Shown: in pieces, positions 51,099 through 64,000 of the stretch | Layout: each line of letters opens with the position of its first letter | How positions within the stretch are numbered: the first letter of the stretch is position 1 | DNA from: Hemiscyllium ocellatum | Taxonomy: Eukaryota | Reading direction: 5' to 3' | Assembly: GCF_020745735.1 (NCBI RefSeq) | Contig: NC_083430.1 | Coordinates: forward strand, 26,402,909-26,466,908 | Length of the DNA stretch: 64,000 nucleotides | Notes under the pieces: generated by a model | What the model was told of the DNA's origin: nothing | What the model saw: only the letters and a program-made list of their open reading frames with translations | Database searches by the model: none | Translations under genes and position numbers: made by a program

Positions 51099-52461
51099 TC
51101 AGAACATTACGAAATTGCTTCACAAATATGACCTTGCTTAAACAGAAGGTTTACCTAATATGGAAGGTTTCACGTGATAATACCGCGTTGTCTATGGTGT
51201 GAAACTGACAAACCGGGGCGGGGGGGTCACTACAACACGTTTTTGTTGTTTTAAAAAGAAATCGATTTAAAAAGATGTATCGTTGGGGGCCAGAAAGAGT
51301 GAGCCGGAGCCAAGGGCGATGTTGCCTTGCTGCTGTGAGTCAACTGGGGACGTGGCAAATGACTCACGGAGTGAGTGAAGGCCCTGACACTGGAGTTTCA
51401 GCCAACACCAGATGGCTCTCTACCAGGTTAAAGTAGTTGAGGTGAAGGCGTGGGGAGCTACTGTCGGTGGGGGGGAAAAACATGTGGCGAACAGAATCCT
51501 CCATGCACGCCGAAGTGGATCAACTTGTAAAAAACAAGAATTCGAAGGCCGCGAGTTCTTCGAAACCATCGCTCACGAAATCAGAGAGGGTTTTAAAAAA
51601 GATATGCACCGGGCGTTGGCTTCCATAAGAAAGAACAGGGAGTCACCATTCCAGCACAGGCGGAATGTGAGTCCGGTAGTAAATGGATTTCCAGATATAA
51701 AAATGGGCAGAGGTGGTGCCTGGCTCCAGCGGAACAAATGACTGTCTTCACCGACCCGAGGCCATGATTGCATCAGACACGGCCGGAACAATGGAGGCGC
51801 CGCACTTCCTTCATCTTTCACATACACATCAAGGAGCCAAAACCAAAGCCCCCGCTTCAAATACCCCCCGAAAAATTAGAAGAAACCGAGTAGCCACTGA
51901 AAACCGGCTGGTTATCGCGGCTTGGCCGCTTTATAGACACGGATTGAGACGGATTGCCGGCGCCCGCACATTGTCGTCGCCACAAAAGCGGCCTCTAGGC
52001 CCCGATCGAGGGCAACCCACTGAACGCAATAAAAACAAACAAATACAGCGGAAAGACCGCGATCTACTCTTTCGATATCTATATCAACTGAAATTTGAGG
52101 ATTTTATTTTAAAAGTCAAACTTGGGAAACAGTGGCTTTTGAAAAAAAAGTATGGCGGTGGTTAAACGCGCGCACCACACCTGAATCACCCAACACCCCC
52201 TTCCCCCACCAAAAAAAATTCACAACTTCAGCTGTTACAAAAGCAGATCAACTACAGCAAGCCAAAAAATGGAGTCATGGCGTTTTTAAAACGTCCCACT
52301 GAATCGAATACAGTCTGGAAAAAACACCTTGAAAACCCACCCTCATCCAATGTTACAAAATAACCGAGGCTAGCATGTAATCCTAACCAACAATCGGTAA
52401 GCTTCTAGCAATTTCATAATTCCTAACGTGATAGTTACCGTCCAGCAATGAAGCTCCAAAC

Positions 52462-52600
52462 CTCCCTTCGATTGACACGCAGGCTAAAGGATCGAAGAGA
52501 TGGCGTCGCTGTAATTTATAGGCAACAGGGGGAAGGCGGGCGGGCCGCTGACGACAAAAGCGCATTCCTGCTGCCCGCCCCCTTTCCCGCTCTCAATGGC
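52462..52600 (-). promoter_or_regulatory. eEF1A promoter and non-coding exon 1 (TATA, 5'TOP, GC boxes)
   Basis: TATAAA at 52520-52515; CCTTT begins exactly 30 nt downstream at 52490; donor GAG|gtttgg at 52461 (alternative ACG|gtaact near 52438); GC boxes ggcgggcggg and cccgcccc upstream; CpG-rich region ~51150-52620. Confidence 0.75.
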
Positions 52601-53989
52601 GGAAAAATGCATGTTATCTCTCTCACTTTGCTTTCTTTATGCTCTTTACTTTTCATCAAGTGATATTTCTGTTTGTATAAAATAAGTGGCTTATACATCG
52701 TCATTGTATCTTTTATGTTTTACAAAACAAAGAAGTAGACCTTTCACAAACTCTTTGCCCAGGACTAGTCAGGGTTGCCACCCATCCGGTCTTGACGTCT
52801 TTCAGTATCTTCCCGAATGCCTCCTCGAGAAGTTTCTGAAGTATAAACCTGATGCCAGAAATTCCAATTTAAACTTCTACTGGCGTTTTGTTTTCGTCTT
52901 TGAGATTTAAAGCGTTCTTTTCAGGAAAAAAGTTGTTTTTTTGATCCTCTTTGACCCTTTATAAAGACAATTACTCATTAGACTACAAGTGTCAAAAACA
53001 AGACTAATCCTAGATTTCAAGTTACAATCTAGAATGTCTTGAAATTAAAAAAAGTGTTGGAAATGCCAGGCTAAGATTGCTTAGTATGTCGAACAAAATA
53101 TTCCATCAGTTCATTTTTGAATATGGCCATATGATAACATTCATACCCAAAGATTAAGAGAGTCTGTTTTTGATTTATATACATGCACGAATATGCATTT
53201 GATGTTCAAATACTGAAATAAGCAAAGAACAAAAATAAAAGCAGAAAAGCATGCTGGCAATCAACAGAAACTATCCGATTACACAGTTTCCACCTTTAAC
53301 GATCAAATCTTTTGCATTAATTTCTCATGGTTATATATTAAATTTCTAGTTAAGTGAAAATTTGCTCCCTCGTCCTCTGTACTCAATAGACTTAAACATT
53401 GGAGAAACCTTTATCTGACTGGTTCATTCAGGAGATATGGTGGATTTGTTGTCATTGAATTGCCATTTATCATAAGTACACTGACTTTTTTTCCCACAAA
53501 AAGCAAATCTTGACAAGCTATTATGATTAAATTCTGGTTTTGAATTTGAACTCACGTTTGACCACAGCAACCAATTGACAAGACAAGGAGGCATAACACA
53601 CACAGTATAATTGTAATTATGGAAAAGTTAGCACTAAAATATCTCACTAAATAAGATTGCCATTATCATACTATTTTTACATTAGAAGCTTTGGATCAGC
53701 ATGAAATCAGTACAGTATATCAAAAGCTGGTATCCCCTATTATCTTTGGTCCTGCCACATCGTGGCATGATAACTATTTTGCATATGGTTTAATTTATCA
53801 TATACCTTTAGCATTGGCACAAAACTGATTCAGCAGTCTACAAGCAGACCATTTAATACTTCATATAATAATTTACTTTTGAATATTAAATAAGAGCATT
53901 GTCATATATGTAAGTTTAGCTCTCCTTTATGTTTATCTTAAAATGTGATTCATGTAATTCCTAAAATTCAAAGTAAATTCCAACCGTCT

Positions 53990-54505
53990 CAAACTTTCTG
54001 GTCCCTACTCAATAGGCACCATGTGCAGGCTCTGGAGAGGGTGCAAAAGAAGTTGACCAGGATGTTGCTTGGATTGGAGTATTAACTTTAAGGAGAGGTT
54101 GCACATACCTGGATTGTTTTCACTAGAATGTCAGAGGCTGACAGGAAACCTGATAGAAGTACAGGGATATTTAAATTAGAAGGGACATGAATAGGGTGGG
54201 TAGGTGGGAGTCTTTTTCCCTCACAGTGGAAATGTCAAACTTTAGGTGTAATAGGTTTACGGTGGAAGGGGATAAGTTTTGTTCCACATAGAAGGTGTAG
54301 GTGTCTGGAACATGCTACTGGGGCAATGATAAAAGCAGATATTTTAGCAAAGGTGAAGAGACATTTAAACAGACATATAAGGCAAGAAATACTGGGATAT
54401 GAATCATGTACAGGCAGGTGGGATTTGTTTAGAATGGTGTCATGGTCAGCACAGACATGGTGGGCTGAAGGGCCTGTTCCTGTGCGAAACTGTTCTGTGA
54501 TCTAA
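53990..54505 (+). mobile_element. Decayed CR1 LINE 3' end
   Basis: ctggagagggtgcaaaagaag..accaggatgttgc; tail gggctgaagggcctgttcctgtgc. Confidence 0.7.
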
Positions 54506-57269
54506 CCTTTTATGAGCAATTCATTTTTTTCAGTTAATGAGAAATAAAGCAGATCAGTATGGTGTTTGGACATGGTTTCGGGACCTACTGGTTTCAGAGT
54601 ACAGTAATATTACAGTGGTAAACAGATACAAAGCAGGAATGTCACAGCTGAAATAAAACCTGGCCAGAAAATGTCAGGCATGAGAAATATGCATATGTAC
54701 AGCCGTATCCCCTTTAATAATCACAAGGCTACCAATCATCACTTGCTGCTTGTGAGGTGGAAACTGGCACAGTTCACTGAGACAGAAAGTGCAATCTAAT
54801 CTTTAGCTCCAATTACCAGGATAGCAATTAACTTGATTGTCATCACATCAACATAAAATAGACATTTGGAGGGCCTTGTGGTGCAGTGGTAATGTCCCTA
54901 CTTCTGTGTGTGAGAAATTCCAAGTTAAGATCCCACTTACCCAGAGGACTGTCATACATGTCCAAACAAGTTGGTTCAGTTTTGTTTTTGGAATAGGCAT
55001 AATACATTAGATTTACTTCTGCCACTGTATCCTCTTACATTCACAGTTCTGACTCCATATTCTGGAAGATTGACTTCAAATTCCACCAGAAATCACAAAA
55101 TTTGTGTATGCCTAAAAATCCTCGAATTTCTGGTAAGAACATAAGGAAGGGAGGCACTTCCTAGCTTTTAGGCATTTTCACAAAGTGATTCCAATAAACT
55201 AGTGACATCATTTTTTTCAGATCACCAAATTAGATGATGGAAGCAAGTGAGTCAGAAGAAAAATAGAAAGAAATGACTTGCACAAGAAGCACTAATGTTG
55301 ACACAAACCATGAAGTGCTGCAGTTTTAAACAATTGATAGAAGTTTACGGTACCATATCTTAATGAGGCAGCCAAAACACTGTTGACTAAGGTCCCAGTC
55401 TAATATTTCATTATATAATTTAAGGTGAGACTCAGCCGTAGTGAGGAATACTGTTGTCAAATATTTAGAACAGAAAGTGCCAGCAAAATTCAACAGGTCT
55501 GATAGCACCTGTGAAGAAAGTGTTTGGAGTAATTTGGACTTGAAATGTTAACTTTGTTTCTCTATCCATAGATGTTGTCAGACCCACTGACTTTCTGAAA
55601 TAATTTTGAGATACTGGAAGGGTTTGGTACAGCAGACTTACTGAGGACAATTCGACCTACAGAACTAGGGGCTATAAAAATAACAGAGTGACTAATAAAG
55701 ACAACAATGGATTCAGGAGAAACATCTTTACCTAGCGTAGTTAGAATGTGAAACTTATACCAGGCAATCAAAAGATGATAGATAGGCATATGAAGGAGAA
55801 ATCATTGAAAATATATGTTGATGGGGTTAGATGAAAAAAAAAATGTGAGGAGGGTCGTGTGGAGTATAAACGCTAGTATAAATATCTGTTGGGAAAAATG
55901 GCCTCTTTCTAAACTGTAAAGTTTGTCGTGCTGTATACTTTCATATTATTGACAGCATATGCCTCAAATTTAGTACTTTAAAAAATTGTTTCAAGATGAG
56001 TAATTACATTGATATTTATTTTCAGGGAGACTCTGATGCTGTAAAATAATTTACAAGCCAATAACTGAAAGGGCCAAGGAAAACCAAGGAACTACAGATG
56101 CTGGAAATCAAATACAAAAACAAATTGCTGAAAAAAATAATCAGATCTAGTAGCATCTGTGGAGGAAAAGAGTTCATGTTTTGGGTCCAGTGAACCTTTT
56201 TCAGAACCAGTTCAACTGAGAAGGGCCAATCTGTTAAAAAGAAAAAACTTAGCACAATGCTGAGTGTGTGAAGGAGTGTATTATGGGAGATAGATTTGGA
56301 AAGTGGACTGACAAAGGTTGAGGCTGGAGGAGAATGCATATGAATGGTGGGTTGAGGCTGAGGTTGATTTTGTAGATTTTTGATTTCATTGTCAGCAAAC
56401 AATATGGATTGATGAGAACAGAGGCAATGACTAAGTAGAATAATAGTATTTCCAAGTCAGAGACAGTAGTTACCCGGTTTGATAATCTGTCATTACATAC
56501 TTGCAAATTGTTTATTTTCAGTTCTTTAAATAGGTATTAAATGGCTCAAGTTGTTGGCATGTGAGTTTATTATAAACAAAATGTTGCAGCTCTCAGATTT
56601 TGTATTATGGAAACAGAAGAATTTTGAAATAACATTTCTTTTTTGGTTTTTAATCCTTCATGTACTTTCCCCCCCCCAAGATGTTACAGATTATCGAATT
56701 AACAATTCAATCTTTGATTTCAAAAGTTGAATGAGGCAATAGATTTGCATAACTGTAACAAATCATTTAAACAATCCTCTGCTTTTCCAATCATTTGAAT
56801 CAATGTTTTCAATTTCTTGTTTTTAAGTAAACAGTTACAGAGGAATTAACATTTTATCTTTCAATGAGAACAAAAATGTTAAATATATATTCTTTTACAC
56901 TTTAAACCTCACTAAATATTTATTTACTTATTAATATAGTGAGACTGCAAAAAATCAGTTTCCATTTAAAACATAATTATTTAATGTTTTTTCACTAGTA
57001 AAATACAATTTATTTCCTGGATTAGATTAAAAATTGATAACTGACTGAATGGAAGAGCAGAAGAAGTAGGATATCAGCTATCCAGGTCACAATTGATTTT
57101 CTAGATATTTTCTAATCAATCTGTTCAGAGATGCTATTACACACTTCTGGAGAAGGTAGGGACATTACCACTGCACAACAAAAGCCCAACAATTGAACTT
57201 TTACCTCTGTCCTGCTATTCTGATTCTATTCTCCTTCAAAAATATATCAATAATCAATATTGGTAGAGT

Positions 57270-58372
57270 GGAGGGATATGCCAGGTGTGAGCTTACAGAT
57301 TGTGGTTGAATCATAATTCTGCTTCTAATGGCATACAGCACTGTAAGGATATCCTACTTTGAGTTTCTAGATCAGTTCAAAATTCTATCCCGTTTAATAT
57401 AGTGATAGCACCACACAAAATGATGAAGGTATTCTCAATGTGAAGGCAGAAATTTGCACGTTGGTCGCTTCTACTGATACATTCATGTACACATAAAACT
57501 GTGACAGGCGGATTGGTGAGTATGACATCAAGTACAGGTCATTCTAGTATAACATATGCGTTTTATCAACGCGAATTGGCTATAACACTTAACAAATTAT
57601 GGACACTGTTTGGATAATGCAAACTTTCTGCTGAATGGGTTTAGTGACTTTTTTTACCGCAATCTTCCACAGTGTGATTTTCTATAAGGTTTGTTTCATA
57701 GCACAAATTTCTAGAGCACAAGGTTGCAGAGGAACACGACCATCACGTTATATCAGAATGCCCTGTAAGTTTTTTTCTGTCTTGTTGGTTCCTCACCACC
57801 TGCTGCAGACCCAGTCTGATGGTTATCCTTTAGGACTCAGAGTTCAGTCAATACAGATGTTACCTTTCATGGTCTCCCATCCAGAATACATTCTGTACCC
57901 TTGTCATGCTCAGTGTTTCTTCTAAGTGGTGTTCAATGAAAGGAAACAATTCACAGGTAGGGTCAAGGATCAATGTTAAAGACCCTCAAAGGAACTCTTT
58001 GGTGGTTGTGTCCTGGTGGTGGCACGGGACACACTCAGATGATGGTGGTACATGGAAATATAAGTCCGTGATTGCAAATATATCAGGCTGATGCTTGATT
58101 AGTATGTGGGATAGCTCATCCAATTTTAGCGTCAGTCCCCAGATGTTAGCAAGTATGACTTTCCATTGTCATTTCCACTGCCTAGGACAATTTCAGGTGT
58201 CGGCCTTCATACCTTCTTTGCATTTTCTGATGAGCAGACTGTCATTATTCCAGCATACATGGGGCTTGTGCATAGGGACCCAGAGAAATTTCCACACATC
58301 AGATTCTAAAGGAATTACCTGGCAAATTGAAGATTCAGTTGGGCAATTCATCTGCAAGTGTAACTTCTGAAT
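57270..58372 (-). mobile_element. Old LINE remnant containing a Tigger-like MITE (~57533-57770)
   Basis: Resembles the reverse complement of decayed CR1/L2-type endonuclease regions; MITE end tacaggtcattct..tataac. Confidence 0.4.
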
Positions 58373-58470
58373 ATCTCCATCCAAACTGAGATTTTGGAGG
58401 GTTCTTAACAAATTAAGCAAATAGCTACTCAGGAAAAGTTAAACCATTAAATACATGTTTAACTTCTGAG

Positions 58471-59120
58471 TACAGGCAGTTCTCCTATAACGCCATAGTT
58501 GTGTTCCAGCGAAACCTCGCTTATTAGAGAATTGCTTAAAATAAATAGTGGGGCCTACAGGAAAAGTGGGGTTGGAGCAGACCAGCAAAAAGAAATCACT
58601 CATGATCGCTCAGAAATCACCCATAAGTCGAATGCAAAGTATAGGACAGCCTGAATGAAGGTTGAAATCATATTTATTAATGAAATAAAAGTAAATTTAA
58701 CACAATTTTTTTTTTAAATGTTAGAAAGCTGCTCTCTGTACAGTACCTCTCACAGAAAACTGCCTTGTCGAAAGTAGATGTCGGCACGTGTGCAGTACAG
58801 CACAAAAACAGGTGCTGACATTGTGCATGCACAGAATGGCATGTGGACATCAGCGCATGCACAGAATGTCACTTATGTCAAGTGTGGAAATGTGCAAACA
58901 CTGACATGTGTAGAATGGCACAGAAATCAGCACTTGCGCAGACTGGTACAGAGGTTTTGGTGCAGACATCGGTGCACGTGCAAAGTGCATGAACCTATCC
59001 CTGCTGGAATTGTACTATTCCCAATGGAGGTAAGTGTGCTTGAAAATACTGTTCCCTTCTTCAGCGACATTACAGCCAAATCGTGCTGCCAAAAAGAGTG
59101 TTATCCCAGAACTACCTATA
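58471..59120. mobile_element. Tigger/TcMar-like MITE with internal degenerate tandem repeats
   Basis: TIRs TA-caggcagttctcctataac / gttatcccagaactaccta-TA; internal gcatgcacagaatg repeats at 58780-58990. Confidence 0.65.
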
Positions 59121-59574
59121 ACTATTTAACTGACCACATATTTACCTCACACACCCTCAACTGCATCTCCCCAACCACTTACATCTGCAGACCCTGACTG
59201 TAAACTGACCCCTCAGTTATTATGTTTGCCCCTTCCTCATTCCAGACCTGAACCTCTCATCTTTTGCATACTGCTGGACTTCCCTCTTCTCCCCGGACCA
59301 GATCAGGTCTCAGTCTGTCACCTGCTGATGGACTCCCCCTTTCCCTACTCCAGATCCTTCTTTTCCAAACTCTACACTCAACCACGCTTTTTCTCTTTTG
59401 CCAGAACAATCTTAACCCCATCATTCCCCTACTACCTGATACACTCCCCTTTCTGCACACAAAACATCTCCCCAACAACTACTAAACCAGACTCAATACC
59501 AACCCATCCCACAATCCTACCACCAAACACAAACATTTCCCTAGATCTGGCACCCACCCTCTCTGTATTTTGAT

Positions 59575-60685
59575 TTTCATTAAAGATTTAATAAGGTGCC
59601 ACATAATAGGGTTACTACGCAATAGCATAATAATAACACAATAAACATGATTGAATGTGCATAGAGGATTGGCTCACGCACTGAAAATAAATAGAGTAAA
59701 CAGGTTAATTTTTTGTTTGGCAGGCTGCAACTAGGGATTAGTCTCAACAATTTACAACTTACTTGAACAACTTGGATGGAGGACCAGAGTATATGCTGGT
59801 AATATGAAGATAGGTCAGATCGCAAGTTGTGAAGTGGACACTAAAAATCTGCAAAAAGATATAAATAAACATTTGACAAATGGAGAATAATATGTGAAAT
59901 TGAGATCTTACCACATTGGTAAGAAGTATAAAAAAGTAAAATATAATTTAAACAGAATACAAAATGCTGTGCAACAGAGGAATCTTGAAATATCTGAATC
60001 TGAAATAAACGCATTCACAGCATATAATTAGGAAGTTAAATGGAATGTTAACCTTTGTTGCAAGTGGGTGGTGCTTAAAAGTAGGGAAATTCTGCTGGAA
60101 CTTACAATTACAAACCTCCTACAGGACGTTTTTGAGACAACACCTGGAGTATTGTATTCAGTTTTGGTTTCCTTGCTTAAAGGATATAGCATATCAAACA
60201 TGATTCAAAATCGTCAAACTGATTCCTGGAACGAAAGAATGTCTTATGAAGAAAGGCTAAATGTGGTGGTGGTGGTGGGTAAGGGGGAGTGGTCTATACT
60301 CATTGAAATTTAAAATGAGAGGTGATTTTGTTGAAATATAATTCTGAGGAGGGGTTGACAAGGTAGATGTGATAGCATGTTTCCCTTCATCAGAGATTAT
60401 GGAATCTGGGAACATAGATTAATTGGTCTCCCATTATGATCAAGATAAGGAATTTCTATCAAAGGACTGTTAATCTTTGGAATTTTCTGTGCAGAAGACT
60501 GTAATCCAGACAGCAGTGGGTCTTTGAATATATTTAAGACCGTACTGTTCAGATTTTTGATCTGACGGGAGTCTAGGGTTATAAAGGGTAGACACAAAAG
60601 TGGAATTGAAGGCATAATTAGATTAACAATGATCTTAGTGAATGATGGACCAGGGACCAGATGGCCTACACCTGCTTCTTATGTG
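59575..60685 (+). mobile_element. Old decayed CR1 LINE ORF2 3' half
   Basis: Remnants tttaataaggtgccacataataggg (FDKVPH-like), cacctggagtattgtattcagttttgg (HLEYC.QFW), MSYEERL. Confidence 0.65.
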
Positions 60686-60924
60686 ATGTCTGATTTCAAA
60701 TTCATCTACACAATAACTAATTCCAAAACTTCCATGAAACCAATGAAACTTCAAGTAAACCATCAAGAAAGATGTATACATTCAATAAAATTAGGTTTCC
60801 CAGTCTTTAGGAGTTAAATGTCCTGGGCTCAGCAATTTCCAAATACATGGCAGGCAGACAACCCTCCTTAATCAAGGCACATGTGTAAAAATAGTCAAAT
60901 ATTTATAATACATAACTCTCTAAA

Positions 60925-61208
60925 TTAGATTAGAATCCCTACAGTGTAGAAAAGGCCCTTTGGCCCAACTAGTCCACACTGACCCTCCAAAGAGTAACCC
61001 ACCCAGACCCATTTCTCTCTGAGTGATGCATCTGGCACTATGGGCGATTAGCATGGCCAATTTACCTGACCTAAACATCTTTGGACTGTGGGGGGGAACC
61101 GGAGCACCTGGAGGAAACCCACACAGACACTGGGAGAATATGCAAACTCCACACATACAGTCGCCCGAGGTGGGATCCTGGTGCTAACCAGTGAGCCACG
61201 GTGCCGCC
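60925..61208 (-). mobile_element. V-SINE (HE1-like)
   Basis: V-domain and tail matching 16325-16636. Confidence 0.85.
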
Positions 61209-61506
61209 ATATCAAATTTCAGAACCACAGTCGCATTGTATGGAATAAGCAATATGCAACAATCACAAGACAAGAGTAGGCATTTGCTTTTCCATAAACA
61301 GAAAATTTTTGCTTTGGCTATGATTCGAGATTGAAATGCAAATTGCTCAAGTTTCAGAAGTTTCTGCTCAAACTAATTTTGTTGAAAGTAAAATTCTCCA
61401 TACATCATTGTGTTTTAATAATGCATTAGAGTAATGTTTTCAAAAAAAAATGCACTGAAAATGTTCCTTGATCTACTTAGGAGTAACCTAGTATAGTTTA
61501 ATTAAT

Positions 61507-61596
61507 GAGGGAAGAGCTTATGCCCGAAACATCGAATTTCCTGTTCCTTGGATGCTGCCTGACCTGCTGCGCTTTTCCAGCAACACATTTTCAGCC
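61507..61596 (+). mobile_element. Short Penelope 3'-end insertion
   Basis: TSD ATAGTTTAATTAAT on both sides; gcttatgcccgaaacatcgaat half-hammerhead. Confidence 0.7.
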
Positions 61597-62144
61597 ATAG
61601 TTTAATTAATACAAAGAAAAGAAAAATGGTCTTGAATTGTTATCGCTTCTTTCACCACAAAATATTAAAACATTTACAGTCCACTAACTACTTCAAAATT
61701 GTAGTTAATTCCTTTTGCCATGGGGGAAAACACTGAAAATAAGTTTGTCACACAAATATAAGAATTTAGATCAAATTCTGCTAACCAGATTTTTAAAAAA
61801 CTGAAAATGATCTGGTTCTCAGTTTTTTAGTGAATTCAAAAGAAGTATGGAAAAGTTTTAAGTATTAATGTCCTTGTACCCTAAACAATAAAGTTTAATG
61901 CTAAGAGCCTCCTCGAAGAACTCCAAATGAGAAGATATTCAAAATAGTGGTTCATTCACTCTGGAGGCATGACTAATTTTGTGGGTGGAAACTTGATTTA
62001 TGCTTGAAGTTCTTCAATCTTTTGTATTGGTCATGATAACTTAGAGCAAATTGCACAGAAAGAAATTCGAGACCACAAAATCCAATTTAACCCAACTAAT
62101 ATTGCACAATCAAAATAAAGTTTGAGATGATTACATTAGATTGT

Positions 62145-62442
62145 GGGTGGCACAGTAGTTAGCACTGCTGCCTCACAGCGCCAGAGACCCGGGTTCAATT
62201 CTTGCCTCAGGTGACTGTGTGAGTTTGCACATTCTCCCCGTGTCTGTGTGAGTTTCCTCCGGGTGCTCCGGTTTCCTCCCACAGTCCAAAAATGTGCAGG
62301 TTAGGTGAATTGGCCATGCTAAATTGCCCAAAGTGTTAGGTGAAGGGGTAAATGTAGGGGAATGGGTCTGAGTGGGTTGAGCTTCAGTGGGTCGGTGTGG
62401 ACCTTTTGGGCCAAAGGGCCTGTTTCCACATTGTAGGGAATC
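62145..62442 (+). mobile_element. V-SINE (HE1-like)
   Basis: ggcacagtagttagcactgctgcctcacagcgccagagacccgggttcaattc head; V-domain. Confidence 0.85.
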
Positions 62443-62444
62443 TA

Positions 62445-62710
62445 TTAGATTATTTACAGTGTGGAAAAAGGCCAAACAAGTCCACACAGAAGAGTTACCC
62501 ATTTCCCTCTGACTAATGCACATTATGGGCAACTTAGCATGGCCCATTCACTCTACCTGACATCTTTGGACTATGGGAGGAAACCGGAGGAAACCCATGC
62601 AGACATGGGGAGAATTTGCAAACTCCACACTGTCGCCCAAGGCTGGAATTGAACCTGGGTCCCTGGCGATATGAAGCAGCAGTAATAACCACTGAGCCAC
62701 TGTGCCGCCC
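62445..62710 (-). mobile_element. V-SINE (HE1-like), tail-to-tail with the previous copy
   Basis: Reverse-complement head gggcggcacagtggctcagtggtta; V-domain. Confidence 0.85.
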
Positions 62711-62854
62711 CAGAGAAGGAGATTCTAAAATTGTAAAATACTTATTTAAAAGAATTTCAAGTTTTTTTTTGGTGAAAAATTCCCAAATACTATTGAAGGG
62801 ATGACAAATAATTTTACATTCCTGACTTCAGGCTGGCATGCTTCAACAGTGACA

Positions 62855-62994
62855 AAAAGTGTTGCGCTGGAAAAACATTCCTGTTGAAGGGCTTATGCCT
62901 GAAACATCGACTCTCCTGCTTCTCGAATGCTATACTTTTCCAGCACCACAATTTTTGACTCTGATCTTCAGCATTTCAATCCTCATTTTCTTCT
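62855..62994 (+). mobile_element. Penelope 3'-end insertion with degenerate hammerhead
   Basis: 17-bp TSD ATGCTTCAACAGTGACA; attcctgttgaagggcttatgcctgaaacatcga. Confidence 0.7.
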
Positions 62995-64000
62995 ATGCTT
63001 CAACAGTGACACTTACAAAAAGAAAAATCTGGGATTAGTGTAACAAATTACAGGCAGTAAAAATCTCTAAACTCCTTGATTCTTTTGATCATGCATAATT
63101 CGCACAAACTAAATTGATTCATGCATACTAAAATTATTCATTAACGTCTATGCAACTCACGTGGAAGGTCACAGATCTGAGTCACTCCCACTGAAAACTG
63201 TCCACATTCAGATGAAACATTAACTTGTCTTTCCCCTTTGGAAATGGTGACTGACTTGTCAGCATTTTCTGTTTGCAATGTCAACTTAACTGCTTAATTT
63301 CCTATTCGTTGCTAACTCACAGTACAGTCAGTTAAGTGTAACACTGTTCTAAGATTTGGTTAACTTTGCAACAATACCGGAAGGTTTGAATGCTCAGGTC
63401 TGTATTGAGCATAAGCTGAACTTAAAACAATACTGTGACCATCTTCTCCTGGAAATCCTAGATCCCTTGACTTCCAAGGTTGAAAACTACAGATTTAGGG
63501 TGTTCCTCTCAAATATGGAGTTTTGCCGTTACTTTCTGGAGGAATGTGGGAATGAGAGAGTGACTGTCTCTGGTAGTGGAAGCACTCAGGAACAAGCCTC
63601 CCTGTTCATGGACGATGTCACCATCAACTACTGAAACTGCCACGAATGTGAACATCTGCAACAAATTCAAATAGGCCTTGTAAGCCATAGTTAATGGAGG
63701 CAAGAGTGTGGCCATATATTTGTGGAATTATCTGATTGATCCATTAGCGTCCCCTTCACTGTCAAGACAAATTAGTTGAAGATATTGGGGATTAGGTTCA
63801 GAGGTGCTAAGATATGCACTGAAAATTGGAAGGAGCAATTAGTGATGATCAACCAAAACAGGGCTTGTGACAAGACATTTCTTCTCCATTGCGGGTAAGA
63901 AGATGGTCATCAGGTGCAAGGTGCTTTTTTGTATTTCTGTACATGGTGCAGGTCTGAACCATTCTTTTCTCCTGTGCTGTGTTGATCACCAAAGTCATTT

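Noticed and set aside
51412-52165. ORFs of 95-150 aa in eEF1A intron 1
   Set aside because: GC-rich CpG-island sequence depleted of stops; no recognisable protein features.
62145-62215. tRNA gene
   Set aside because: The A/B-box head continues into V-domain and LINE tail sequence, so it is a SINE, and there is no full cloverleaf.
63356-63715. Short ORFs at the right edge as a possible exon
   Set aside because: No recognisable homology or clear splice boundaries; probably an old repeat that I could not assign.

Overview
Vertebrate genomic DNA, most likely from a shark (cartilaginous fish), judging from its V-SINE/HE1-type SINEs, HER1/CR1 LINEs and Penelope-derived repeats. Three intact spliced protein-coding genes can be reconstructed by hand with canonical GT-AG junctions. 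(1) A KLHL31-like BTB-BACK-Kelch gene on + (12119-13305 + 15189-15921, 639 aa), probably the klhl43-type paralog. (2) RPL11 on - (six exons, 21346-34496, 178 aa). (3) An eEF1A gene on - (seven coding exons, 47894-51068, 461 aa) with a TATA/5'TOP promoter near 52490. The rest is mostly transposable elements: CR1 LINE fragments, V-SINEs, Tigger-like MITEs, L1/Tx1 fragments, a decayed Gmr1-type Gypsy element (integrase upstream of RT) carrying nested LINEs, and many Penelope-like elements and short fold-back derivatives that carry minimal hammerhead-ribozyme motifs. The most interesting points are a four-cysteine cluster in a locally rewritten surface segment of eEF1A, a 3'UTR block apparently shared with mammalian EEF1A1, a possible second non-TOP eEF1A promoter, and at least four sequence families of dispersed hammerhead motifs. 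Exon coordinates were counted by hand. Repeat boundaries are approximate unless a target-site duplication (TSD) is quoted. Comparisons with other species are from memory and need checking.
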